Below, one piece after another: positions 52,791 through 64,000 of a stretch of 64,000 nucleotides of DNA. The notes beneath the pieces were generated by a model. It ran no database searches and had not been told where the DNA came from. It saw only the letters and a list, made by a program, of their open reading frames with translations. The stretch's first letter is position 1, and each line of letters starts with the position of its first letter. Made by a program: the position numbers and the translations under genes. The stretch lies in assembly GCF_006345805.1 (NCBI RefSeq), contig NC_043009.1, positions 28,458,001 to 28,522,000 of the forward strand, written 5' to 3'. The stretch is from Octopus sinensis. Its lineage: Eukaryota.

Positions 52791-53430
52791 CTGTATATTT
52801 GACCAATTCTGATGTGCAATAGTATTCTTCTGGAAGCAAATCCTCTGCATTTTTGTAGAATCTCATTCAGCTTCAATGCTGAGTAGTTAGCTGTTAAAAC
52901 AACTTGATGCCTACTCAGGAAATTAGTGTGTAAGTGGCTGAGTATTCTTCAGACATGTGTAGTATTTATATAATCATCAGGGTCAAATCAGTATGACAGT
53001 ATGTCTCAAAGCTTGACCATGCAATTACAAGCATAACCCAGAGAAAGTGAGTAGAGGAAAGAGTGAAAGAAAAAAGGGAGGAAGAAAGAGAGAGAAAGAG
53101 TGAAAGAGAGAGAAATAGGTAAAGAGAGACAGAAAAAGAGAAAGAGATGGAGAAGGAAAGAAAGAGGATAAGAATGAGAAACAAGGAAAAAGAGACAGAA
53201 AGATAGAAGAAGAATTGGTTTGAAACTGGACTCACAGATTATTTATCAAACATTAAATGTTTAAAGGTAAATTTTATTTTAACTGGATTTGAACTTCAGA
53301 ATGCAGAGAATCGAGAAAAGTATTGTAATTTATTTTATCCAATGCTCTTACATATCTGCTAATTCATTGTATTATTCATCAGTTCAATATTAACAGGAAA
53401 GAGGATTAAATCACATACATATGACTGTGA

Positions 53431-53461
<31 letters not shown>

Positions 53462-53560
53462 CAATAATTATTTGAGGGAATATTATTCCTAACTTACAGG
53501 GAAAAATTCAATTTAGAAATACTAAATCAAATTTCACAAAATGTAATATATATATATATA

Positions 53561-53893
53561 TAAATTAGAAAAACCACCTTTTATCAATTCAAAATGAGCA
53601 ATTAAATTACACCATCTAGAAAATTACATATAATAGAAATATTAAAAATAAAAGAACAATAATATACCGATGATTAAGTAAATTGTAAAAAAATATAAAA
53701 TAATAAAAACGTATATATTTGGTATATACCAAATATATATCAAATATATACGTTTTTATTATTTTTTTGCAATTTACTTAATCATCGCTATATTATTGCT
53801 CTTTTATTTTTAATATTTCTATTATATGTAATTTCTAGATGGTGTAATTAATTGTTCACTTTGAATTGATAAAAGGTGTTTTTTTCTAATTTA
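53561..53893. repeat. Fold-back palindrome, arms about 160 bp, flanked by (TA)n
   Basis: taaattagaaaaaccaccttttatcaattc...aattacaccatctagaaa... / ...tttctagatggtgtaatt...gaattgataaaaggtgtttttttctaattta. Confidence 0.9.
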
Positions 53894-53901
53894 TATATAT
53901 A

Positions 53902-54407
53902 CTAGCAGTATCGCCCGGCGTTGCTCGGATTTGTAAGGGAAATAACTATATAAGCATTTTTAGAGAGTTACTTCCCTTATAAATTCGGGCTTTCTTAGCC
54001 ATTTTTGTTTTGGTGTCTTCAAGCCATGAAGTCGTTGTTCTAAAAGAACGCTGGTTTCCTTCCCAACGCATTACGACGTTGATTTCTTTACACTCCCTTC
54101 CCCACAGCTTCACGAGGGAGGGAAGGGGGAGAAGCAAACAGGTGCAGCTGTGAGCGTGGACGCCAACTCCGCCGCCATCGACATACGATGCATTTTATGC
54201 ATTAAAATGGAATAAAAAATGATGTTAAATTATTTTTAAAATCGTAGACTCATCGTTGACGCGCGCTAATAGTCAGACGGGCTCGATATGAATCACGACT
54301 ATAAGATACCCGAATTTGGTTAAACTGCACCGCAAAATGTGGGAGGAGTTAGGAATCTAAATCGAAGGGGACAGACACTCACACAACTAGAGTTTTATAT
54401 ATATAGA
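53902..54407 (-). mobile_element. Non-autonomous Helitron (about 506 bp)
   Basis: Minus strand begins TC(tatatatataaaac) and ends with a GC hairpin ccgagcaacgccggg followed by CTAG. It sits between A and T with no TSD, and CpGs are retained. Confidence 0.85.
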
Positions 54408-56127
54408 TATATATATATATATTTATATATGTATGCAAATATATATATATACATATATATATATATGCAAATATATATGTGTGTGTGTGTGTGTGTATGT
54501 ATAAATATTTGCATAGTGTGTCTGTGTGTTTGTAATATGTGAATAAATGTATAATTGTATGACTGTGTTACCATTTCTATTTAGTGTTTTGTGTCTCCTT
54601 TAAAAACTTGCAGAACACTGATTTTGAAGACCAGGTAGACTTTACAACCACCTTTATAACAACTATGCCTTCTCTCAGCCACAAATTTAATGGACTACCT
54701 TTTTGATCTCTTTCTACTCTGGGATCTTTGAGATTATATTAAACTCTGGATGTCTGTGCAGACCTCACCAAATGTTGTTGAGAGTAACTTCCATGTATGC
54801 TACATACCTCTACTGCTCTGCAAAAAGAATAACTAAGCTGTGAACCTTGTGTACTTTTTACCTATAAATTGCAACACCAGCCTATGGACAGGTGTATGGC
54901 ACACCAGCTCTGCTTGTCATTTTTCTTTGGTTTTAAAAACCAGCATATACTTTCTTATATTCTCCATTGATTGATGGAGCACTCACTTTGTCGCAAATTG
55001 ACTATTAACTCTTTCATGCACATATGGAAACTCACTCTATTTAATGAAGAATAGAATTATGCCACCTTCCCTGGATAAATTCGTCAAGCAAGGAGGAATT
55101 CTCTTTTGTAACATACAACTGCCAAGTTTTTCCTTTGCTTCGAGTTGAGTGATGTTTTAGTGTGTAAGAACAGCAATGGGTGAGTTGCTGTTATTGTTTA
55201 TTGATAATTTCCTTGTTATTATTTAAGCTTGCAGTTTGGTCGATCAAATTGTGACTGTCAGTGGTTATAACTGTGATTGTCTGTTGGTTTAATTGTCATT
55301 TTTCAACTTACATTTCTAATCGTACTTCAGAATTTTCAAAAATGAAAAGATTCTTGCGATGAGGAAGTATATTTGGTTCAATGACTTGGAATTAGCACCT
55401 CTCCCTGCTTTCCCACAGGTGACCATGCTGAATCACTAAAAAAAAAAGTAATTTAGATGTTTGAAAAAATATATATATACACAATAAAATTCTCCAAAAT
55501 GAAAGCTCTTTTCTTGGGAATTTAAATTGACAAATGCAATTTTCTAAAGACTTTTGTTTGCAAAAGAAACTAAAAACTTTTTCAAAATTTTAGTCTTGAA
55601 GAAAATATCCTCTAAACATAGATTTGATCATATCTGTTCATAACAAACAAAAGCAACAATACAAAAATAAGAACAATCATTGGCTGAATTCTCAAACAAA
55701 CAACAAAAAAATGCCTTATGGTATTTTGCCAACCATTTGCTAAAATGACAACCTTAACAACAACAACAATAATAATAATAAAGAAAAGAAAGACATATTA
55801 AGGAAAAGAAGAGAAAAATTCATAGACATGATTGCAGGAAAAACAAAACTTGCTTAAATAGAGAAAATAAGAACAATGGACGCTGTGCACATTTTACAAA
55901 GAGCACTTCTACATTTGCTTTTTAATTTTATTGTTTCATAGCATTTTTATTGAGCACTTACATGTACACATGCTATTTAAAAAGATTTATCCATTCTAGG
56001 TGTTTCTTTGTATCGTATAATCATCCACTGTATTAAGAATATGATATCTGTTACCTACCTCAAGTGTCTTGGTGATGTGGGGGTGTAAATACAGCAGGTA
56101 TCAAAGAAAGTTTTAAATAAAAATAAA

Positions 56128-56198
<71 letters not shown>

Positions 56199-56200
<2 letters not shown>

Positions 56201-56753
56201 GCCCTGATGCAGTACCAGGCAGTGGCTCTCATGGCATCTGATCTTAACTGATTGGAAGTGTTATCATGTACATTGTTTTGTCTTGGTATAAAAGATGGGC
56301 TACAGCAAATATTCTGCTCAATACCACAGATTTGCTTGTCAGTTGTTTGACAAGAACCAGTTGAGCATGTCCCTTGGTGGCTGATGATATGTGCATCTCT
56401 GATCACGAGCAGAAGTAGTGGGGGAGCATCATAGCCATGTGTTGAGAGGGATTCTTTGGGGTTTGAATAATTCACCTCTGGAAACATGGGTGGTTCTTTC
56501 AACATCCTTAAACAACCCTTATTCAGGGACCTTTTGAGCGGGATGGGGTACTCAACATGAAGAAAATTCTAACTGGGCCCCACCTGCAAGGTCATGTGCT
56601 GTTTATCTTGATACGAGATCACAATATCGTGCACATATGGTTGTGATGCATGTGCCTGGTGTACCCTTATCAGACGGGTAGTCATGATGGGTATATTGGG
56701 CTTCGTATATTTTACCCCAGTGTCACTTTGATGGCATGAACTGCTCTCTCACT
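56199..56753. mobile_element. Unclassified element bounded by (TAA)n on both sides
   Basis: GC-richer block with sharp edges inside a (TAA)n tract; no recognisable protein. Confidence 0.5.
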
Positions 56754-56779
56754 CAATAATAATAATAATAATAATAATA

Positions 56780-57297
56780 ACAACAACAGAAAAAAGATGG
56801 TATAGTCACACACCAGAAAAGGTCACAGAAAACGAGAAAGCAACCATACTCTGGGATATGCCAATACACACAGATAGAGAAATTAAGGCCAACAGACCAG
56901 ATATAGTTGTTAGAGATCATGAAGAAAAAAATGCTTTCTAATTGATGTATCAATACCGGCAGATGATAACGTGTCTCTAAAAGAAATGGAGAAACTCCCA
57001 AAATACAAAGACCTGGAAATAGAGGTAACCAGAATGTGGAATCTAAAAACAGAAACAATTCCTATCATTAGGCATGATAAAAAAATATTCAGACAAATAC
57101 ATAACAAAAACACCAGGACTTACAAACACATATAACATACAGAAAATTTCACTACTAGGCACTGCACACATCCTATGCAGAACACTTTCTATACAATAAC
57201 CATCAGAGCATCACAACAAATCACAGCACATACCTAAGGCACACAGAGCTGCGCTCGGTAGTGAAGTGAAAGCACGCTATAAAAATAAAACTACTGA
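56780..57297 (+). mobile_element. R4/Dong-like 3' fragment inserted in (TAA)n
   Basis: EKRWYSHTPEKVTENEKATILWDMPIHTDREIKANRPDIVVRDHEEK..LIDVSIPADDNVSLKEMEKL.KYKDLEIEVTRMWNLKT; closely similar to 16465-16911. Confidence 0.9.
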
Positions 57298-57378
57298 ATA
57301 ATAATAATAATAATAATAATAGTAATAATAATAATAATAATAATATAATAATAATAATAATTATAATAATAATAATAA

Positions 57379-57740
57379 TTGCAGCCCAAGCTCAAGGCTT
57401 GCCCACCATAAGTCACCAAAAACATATAATGGAGAAAAATACAATAACTAACTGCGGAATATGTGGTGATGGGGAAAAAAGAATAAGTCATAGTGTCTCT
57501 GGCTGTCCAGTCCTGATTAAGAAGGAATATATTCACAAACATGACAAAACTGGGACCTATATACACTGGAAGCTATGCCAACACTATGGAATAATGACAG
57601 TAAAAAGATGATATAGGTACACCTCAGAGAAGGGTCTCAGAAAATGACAAAGCAACCATACTCTGGGACATGCCAATACATGGAGAGAAATCAAGGCTAA
57701 TAGACTGGATATAGTTGTCAGAGATCATCAATAAAAAAGT
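57379..57740 (+). mobile_element. R4/Dong-like fragment with CCHC zinc knuckle
   Basis: AAQAQGL...NCGICGDGEKRISHSVSGCPVLIKKEYIHKHDKTGTYIHWKLCQHYG (CxxC..H...C followed by an RHD-like motif). Confidence 0.85.
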
Positions 57741-57930
57741 TCATGATTGATACTTTATATTATTGACTTTGAAAGAATGAAAAGCATAACTGACCTGAGC
57801 AGTATTTGAACTGGGAATGTAAAGCTGGAAGAAATGTTGTCAAGCACAATGTCTAGTGTGGTAATGATTCTGCCAGCTTGTCACCTTAGCAGCAGCAGCA
57901 ACAGCAACAACAACAACACTAGTAATAATA

Positions 57931-57984
<54 letters not shown>

Positions 57985-58796
57985 TAACATAACAATATTA
58001 ACAAGTCTTCTAATTCACAATATAAAGCAAATAAGTGGAATCCACATTTGAAAGTTTCCATAAGTATCAAATGAATTATCAGTAAAGGATGGACTTCATG
58101 GAATAAACTGCAGATTATCAAAGATATTTCTCCATTTTTTTTGGTAATAATTCTTTGATTTCATTTATTTTATTTTAACACTATTTTGCATTTTTTATTA
58201 TTATTTATTGTTATTTTCTTATTTTTCCATATTTGTTTTTATAACATATTTTAATCTATGTTTATATTTATTGATTTAATTATTTATTTTTTTAAAATTT
58301 TTATTTCCATCAAGAATTTTAGTAACTTGGATATAAAATTGATTTAAGCGCTGATTTTAAATACTATGCCTGTTTCATAGTAGTTGCTGTTGTTGATGCT
58401 GATGGTGATGATGATGATAGCTGTTATAGTGTTTATGTTAATGCTGTTGTTTATCTTATGCTTCATTTTATTTGTTTTTCTCCTAAGTGTTACTTTATAT
58501 TAAAACGTATTTTTTTTATTTTTAAATATATTTTCATAACAATTTTAAGCTGTGTTTGAAAAGTTTTGAGATTCTATCTAATAAGATTAAAAGTCTTTTA
58601 TCAAATAGCTTTTATTTTTCTATTCTTTCTTTCTTTATTTTCTCCTTTCTGTCTTCTTTCCTCTTTCTCTCTCACACTTTATCTCTCTCTCTCTCCCTCC
58701 CCCTCTCTCTTTCTTTGTCTCTATCTCTGACATGATTTCACATATTTACATATGTGTATGCATATATATATCTATCTAAATACCAATTTGTTTCTT

Positions 58797-58829
<33 letters not shown>

Positions 58830-58940
58830 ATTTATTGGTGTTTAGATATGTATATGTATAAATACACACACATATATTTGTGTGTTTGTGTGTGAATGTG
58901 TGTGTATATATACATATGTATAAATATACACACATACATT

Positions 58941-58973
<33 letters not shown>

Positions 58974-59156
58974 ATATAAATCTAATATGTATGTAAAGAT
59001 TATATATATACACACATGTGTATACAAGAAGTTTGGATGAGTTTTCATTCTGTTTATCTAATTATTTATTATCATTGCTATCATTAAGAAGATCATTATC
59101 ATTATCATCATCATCACCAACATTCTCATCATCATCGTCATCATCATCAATATTGT

Positions 59157-59211
<55 letters not shown>

Positions 59212-59331
59212 GCTGCTGCTACTGCTACTGGTGCTGCTGCTGCTACTACTACTGCTGCTACGATTATTATTATTATTATTATTATTATGTTTTTATATTA
59301 TCAACCTTTGGGGAATATAAGCATCACCACC

Positions 59332-59364
<33 letters not shown>

Positions 59365-60730
59365 GTCATCGTCATCGTCATCGTCATCATCATCATCGTC
59401 ATTTTAATCATTACTAAAACTCGTTTTCTATGAGTAATTTTTCTTCCGTCATTTCAACTACTGCTACTATGACAATGTAACTATGATAATGATAACTGCT
59501 GCTACTTCTGCCACTGCTGCTACCGTTGTCATTGCTGCTGAAGTTATATTAATGGCCCCATTACATGTAACAATATAAAGATGGTATAGATAATCACATT
59601 ATTATAATTTCATGTTATTATTTCAACATCAAACATTACCTACGAATGTAATAATAACAATATATTTATTGTATACAGTGCTTAGGTGCAGCTAAAATGC
59701 TGTAAAACAAAAATATCTTGTAAAAAAAACATTACAACAGCAAAATTATGCTTATATAACTAATGTTAATACCTGCATTTTCGAGAGCTTCTATTTGAAC
59801 AGAAAAATCATTATCATCATCATCACCATCATAAAGTTTACGTCTGATTTTTCTATGTTGGCATGAGTTAGATGAGTTGCTTTGTGCCAGTCTTCTACGG
59901 TTGGATGCCCTTCATGCTACTAACCTTCACTTTACCTAATATTTTTTATTTAAGATAATGTTTATCTCATTAATTTCCATATTTTGAAACCAGTAAATAT
60001 GCTAAATTGCAGACTTACAGTCATTAGAATGTGGCCATGCTGTAGCACTGTCTTGCAAAACTTAACTGGGTGAAGGCTTTTGATGTTTTCTAGTACTTGA
60101 TATTTAAAAAAAAAAAACTATCTAATACTTAATCACTTTTACCAAAACATTAAGTTATGTGGATGTAAATGAACCAACACCAATTGTCAAGTAGTATGGG
60201 GAGAAACACAGACATTCACATACATCCATATATACATATATGCATACATACATATATATGTATACATATATATATACATATATATGTATATATATATGTA
60301 TATATGTATATATGGGTGAATACACACACGCACACATATATGAGCCCCTCAGCTTACCAGCCTTGGTCAAACCGTCCAACCCATGCCAGCATAAACAGCG
60401 GATGCTAAATGATGATGATGATGCTGATACACCCACCCACCCACATATATATATCAAAAAGAGGTGCTATAATACTATTCCACATATACAAAAACAGCCA
60501 TACCAACTATCCAACATACCTCCATCATCAGCTGCCCCATGGATATCATTATGGTTTCAACACCTGGACAGTACCAGTTAATCCAACAGTGTCAACAGCA
60601 CTAAAATAATTGTTGTTTGGGAACAAACAAACCAAAGAAATCACAATTTTCAAACACATTACACTATGTATTATACCACACAAACATACACACACACGCA
60701 TATATATATATATATATATATACATACATA

Positions 60731-60802
<72 letters not shown>

Positions 60803-61068
60803 TTAAATTTAAAACGATAAGGGTGAAAAATTGAATATTAATTTGATTAACATCAATTTAAAACCAGTAGCCAAGCTTATTGAAAAATCTGAAGATTCAG
60901 AAAAATTATATTACCTACATATAAGAGGGATGACCACTAAGTGGACATCCCTTATGCTAGAAGCAGACCCCCACTATGGTCTTACCACTAAGAAAAGCTT
61001 GTTCATAAGAGCAAATGCCAGAACATAAGCGAGCAAGACAAATGAAAAGACACAAAATATATAGATTA

Positions 61069-61140
61069 ATCACACACCTGGTTTCATTGCCACCACTTAC
61101 GTAATTACTTACATAAATGTCCACAATTCATCAGTGTGAT
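61069..61140 (-). ncRNA. Type-I hammerhead motif with non-permissive GUG triplet
   Basis: Minus strand: ATCACA CTGATGA ATTGT...GCAAT GAAAC CAG GTG TGTGAT. Perfect stem I and 5-bp stem II. Confidence 0.75.
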
Positions 61141-61199
61141 CATCTTGCAAAATATAATTTGCAGAACTATACATGAGGCATTACAATTATATATATATA

Positions 61200-61387
61200 G
61201 ACTGTGTGGTAAGAAATTCGCTTCCCAACCTTGTGGTTCTGGTTTCAGTCCCACTGCATGGCACCTTGGGCATTTTCTACTATAGCCTCGAGCAGACCAA
61301 AGCCTTGTGAGAAGATTTTGCAGACGGAAACTGAAAGAAACCCATCACACTCACACACAAACACACACATGTGTGTGTATGTATATC

Positions 61388-61463
<76 letters not shown>

Positions 61464-61720
61464 TATATAAATATATGTATGCATGTATGTATATATGTAT
61501 GTATGTGTGTGTGTGTAGTGCTTGTCACCCAACACCACCTGACAACCGGTGTCAGTGTGTTTATGTCCCCATAACTTGGCAGTTCAGCGAAAGAGACTGA
61601 TTTAGTGTCAGGCTTAAAAATAAAAATGAGTACAAGGGGTTGATTCATTGGACTAAAAATTCTTCAAAGCATTGCCCCAGCATGACCGCAGTCTAATAGC
61701 TGAAACATGTAAAAAGTAAA
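61200..61720 (+). mobile_element. SINE family A, full length with internal (TA)n expansion
   Basis: Head ctgtgtggtaagaa...ttcagtcccactg and body ...ccccagcatgaccgcagtctaatagctgaaac. Confidence 0.75.
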
Positions 61721-61730
61721 ATGGTAAAAG

Positions 61731-61765
<35 letters not shown>

Positions 61766-62318
61766 CACACACATAATGTGAAAGTGAAATTTACCTAGAC
61801 TTTTGATGATCAATAAGTAAGCCACACAATGTCTTTGAGGCATAGTTGCAGAAAGTTTTGACACTTTTATTTCGTAGATTGAAAATACAAACAAACAACA
61901 ACAAAATTCGTAAACGAAAATTAACTGAAGTTATCACAGATTAAGATGAAAAGGCTTCAGGATGCAGTTACTAAAACACAGCAACAGAAGAAGAAAATAT
62001 AAAATATTGAAAAAACTTTGGTTTGAGGGGAAAACGCAGTAAAAGGAACGATGTAATTCTTGTATTGAATATGGCCTCTTAAGTGAAGTGTGTCTGAAAA
62101 TTTATTTACTTTAGTGTTATGTCTGACGGTGGATTAGAGGTAAATTTAATGATTTTTACATTCAAATTCTATTTAACACAAATTTATATGTTTGTTTAAG
62201 AATGACTTGAAAAAAAATTGTTGTCTAGGCAAAATTAATGATGTTACAACCCACTTCTGTAACATATATATATATACACATGTGTGTATGTATGTATGTA
62301 TGTATGTATGTATGTATG

Positions 62319-62395
<77 letters not shown>

Positions 62396-62674
62396 ATATA
62401 TATACACATATATAATATACATGTGTGTACGTGTGTATAGATTCGGAGTCCCAAGGAATCAGATGTCCTATATATATGTTGTAAGGTTCCCATGTGTGTT
62501 TCCAAACACTTCTAAATACAAGGGCATTTTTTTAGAAAAAAAAGCAAACTGCGAATGTAAGCATTGCCATACACAGTATATATGTTTATGTATGCATATA
62601 TATTTTAGTATGATGCACATGTATATTAGTGAGTGTGCGAGATAATTGTCTGTGTGTGTTTATGTATTTATGTG

Positions 62675-62740
<66 letters not shown>

Positions 62741-64000
62741 GTATATGTATGTATGTATGTATTTATGTATGTATGTATGTATCTACGTATGTATGTATGC
62801 ATGTATCTATGTATGTATGCATGTATGTATGTATATTAGGAATAAGGACAATTTTCCTCCAAGAAACCACCAGATTTTAGGAACAAGCAAATATCACAGC
62901 ACGATTAGCAGTATCCAACAGAGATAAGCTGCAGGACTGGTGCCTGTAAGGTCTGAGAAACTAGTTTCAAAACAGCCATTTATATATCTATCTACCCCAT
63001 GTATACCTATCCTACATATAGATACATACATATCACACACACACACATATACGTATACATATATATATATATATATGAATATATGTGTGTGTGTGTTATA
63101 TAATATTTATATATGACACATGCTTATATGCACACGTCAGTGGTTATTAAAGCATGCATATTTTATATTACTCATAATTTTGCAAACTATTACTTTATTA
63201 TGCACATAAAAACAAATATTTGTGTGTATGTACATGTGTGTATATGAACATGTGTGTGTGTGTGTGTGTATGTGTGTGAGTGTGTGTGTGTGTGTGTGCA
63301 TGTTAATGCTCATATCCATGCCACACACATATTCATTTATGCATGCTCATAAAATATTTTTAATATAATATCATTTGACTATTTACAGTTAAATATAACA
63401 TGATACCCGTAATTTACATATCACATCAAGTGTATTACCGGGTATATTGCTTGCACACCCTTTGCCATGCATCTACTCACACTCTCACATTGACACATAA
63501 TACACATATTAAAACATAACACACTAGCTGTGAAATAAATTTAATATAATTTAGAGAGTATGCATTTTTGTTCATACATGGTAGGTTATTTTATTCCATA
63601 CTTATAATGATTAAATATGATTCTGCAGACTATGGTAAGAAATTTCCTGTTTCCATTAGTTTCACCACTAATGTTTCCATCTTGAATCTTCTAATATGTG
63701 AAGCTGATAAAGAGAAAATTCCAAATTTAATAATTAAGTTAGTAAATAAAGAAAAAATATTTATCTTAAAGACATATTTTGACAACCATAAGTGAGTGGA
63801 TATATATTATATATATTCAACAAATATTCTTCTTGGACAATCTTTATATTCTAACATTTCACAGTGCTATTACTATATTTTCACATTCCATGGTATAGCT
63901 ACAATATTTTGCACTTCATAGCACAGTTGCTATTTCCCTACTTTTCATATTTTAGCAATCATATATTTCACAAAACAGCCACTATATTCTAGCTTTCACA

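Noticed and set aside
63403-63445. Small hairpin atacccgtaat...attaccgggtat
   Set aside because: Stem of only about 11 bp, too short for a pre-miRNA and with no other support.

Overview
This is AT-rich, microsatellite-saturated eukaryotic DNA. Its repeat repertoire is typical of a cephalopod (Octopus-like) genome, inferred from repeat content only. There is a 100-N gap at 23300-23399. I could not support any host protein-coding gene; nearly all ORF-track entries are translations of (TA)n, (CA)n, (TACA)n, (ATC)n, (AAT)n or (GAA)n repeats. The window is a graveyard of transposon pieces: RTE-type LINE 3' ends, many 3' fragments of RLE (R4/Dong-like) non-LTR elements sitting in microsatellites, four tRNA-like SINE families, three Tc1/mariner relics and one non-autonomous Helitron. 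The structure not explained by these is a set of at least five well-formed and two degenerate minimal type-I hammerhead ribozyme motifs from apparently different sequence families, mostly next to (TA)n tracts. One lies in a 352-nt direct-repeat unit (retrozyme or Penelope pLTR-like) that also has an inverted arm carrying a templated capture of nearby DNA. Four long fold-back palindromes, a near-perfect 1-kb tandem duplication, a perfect DR1 motif and a candidate 73-nt minus-strand exon are also present. All calls were made by eye; nothing was searched or computed.
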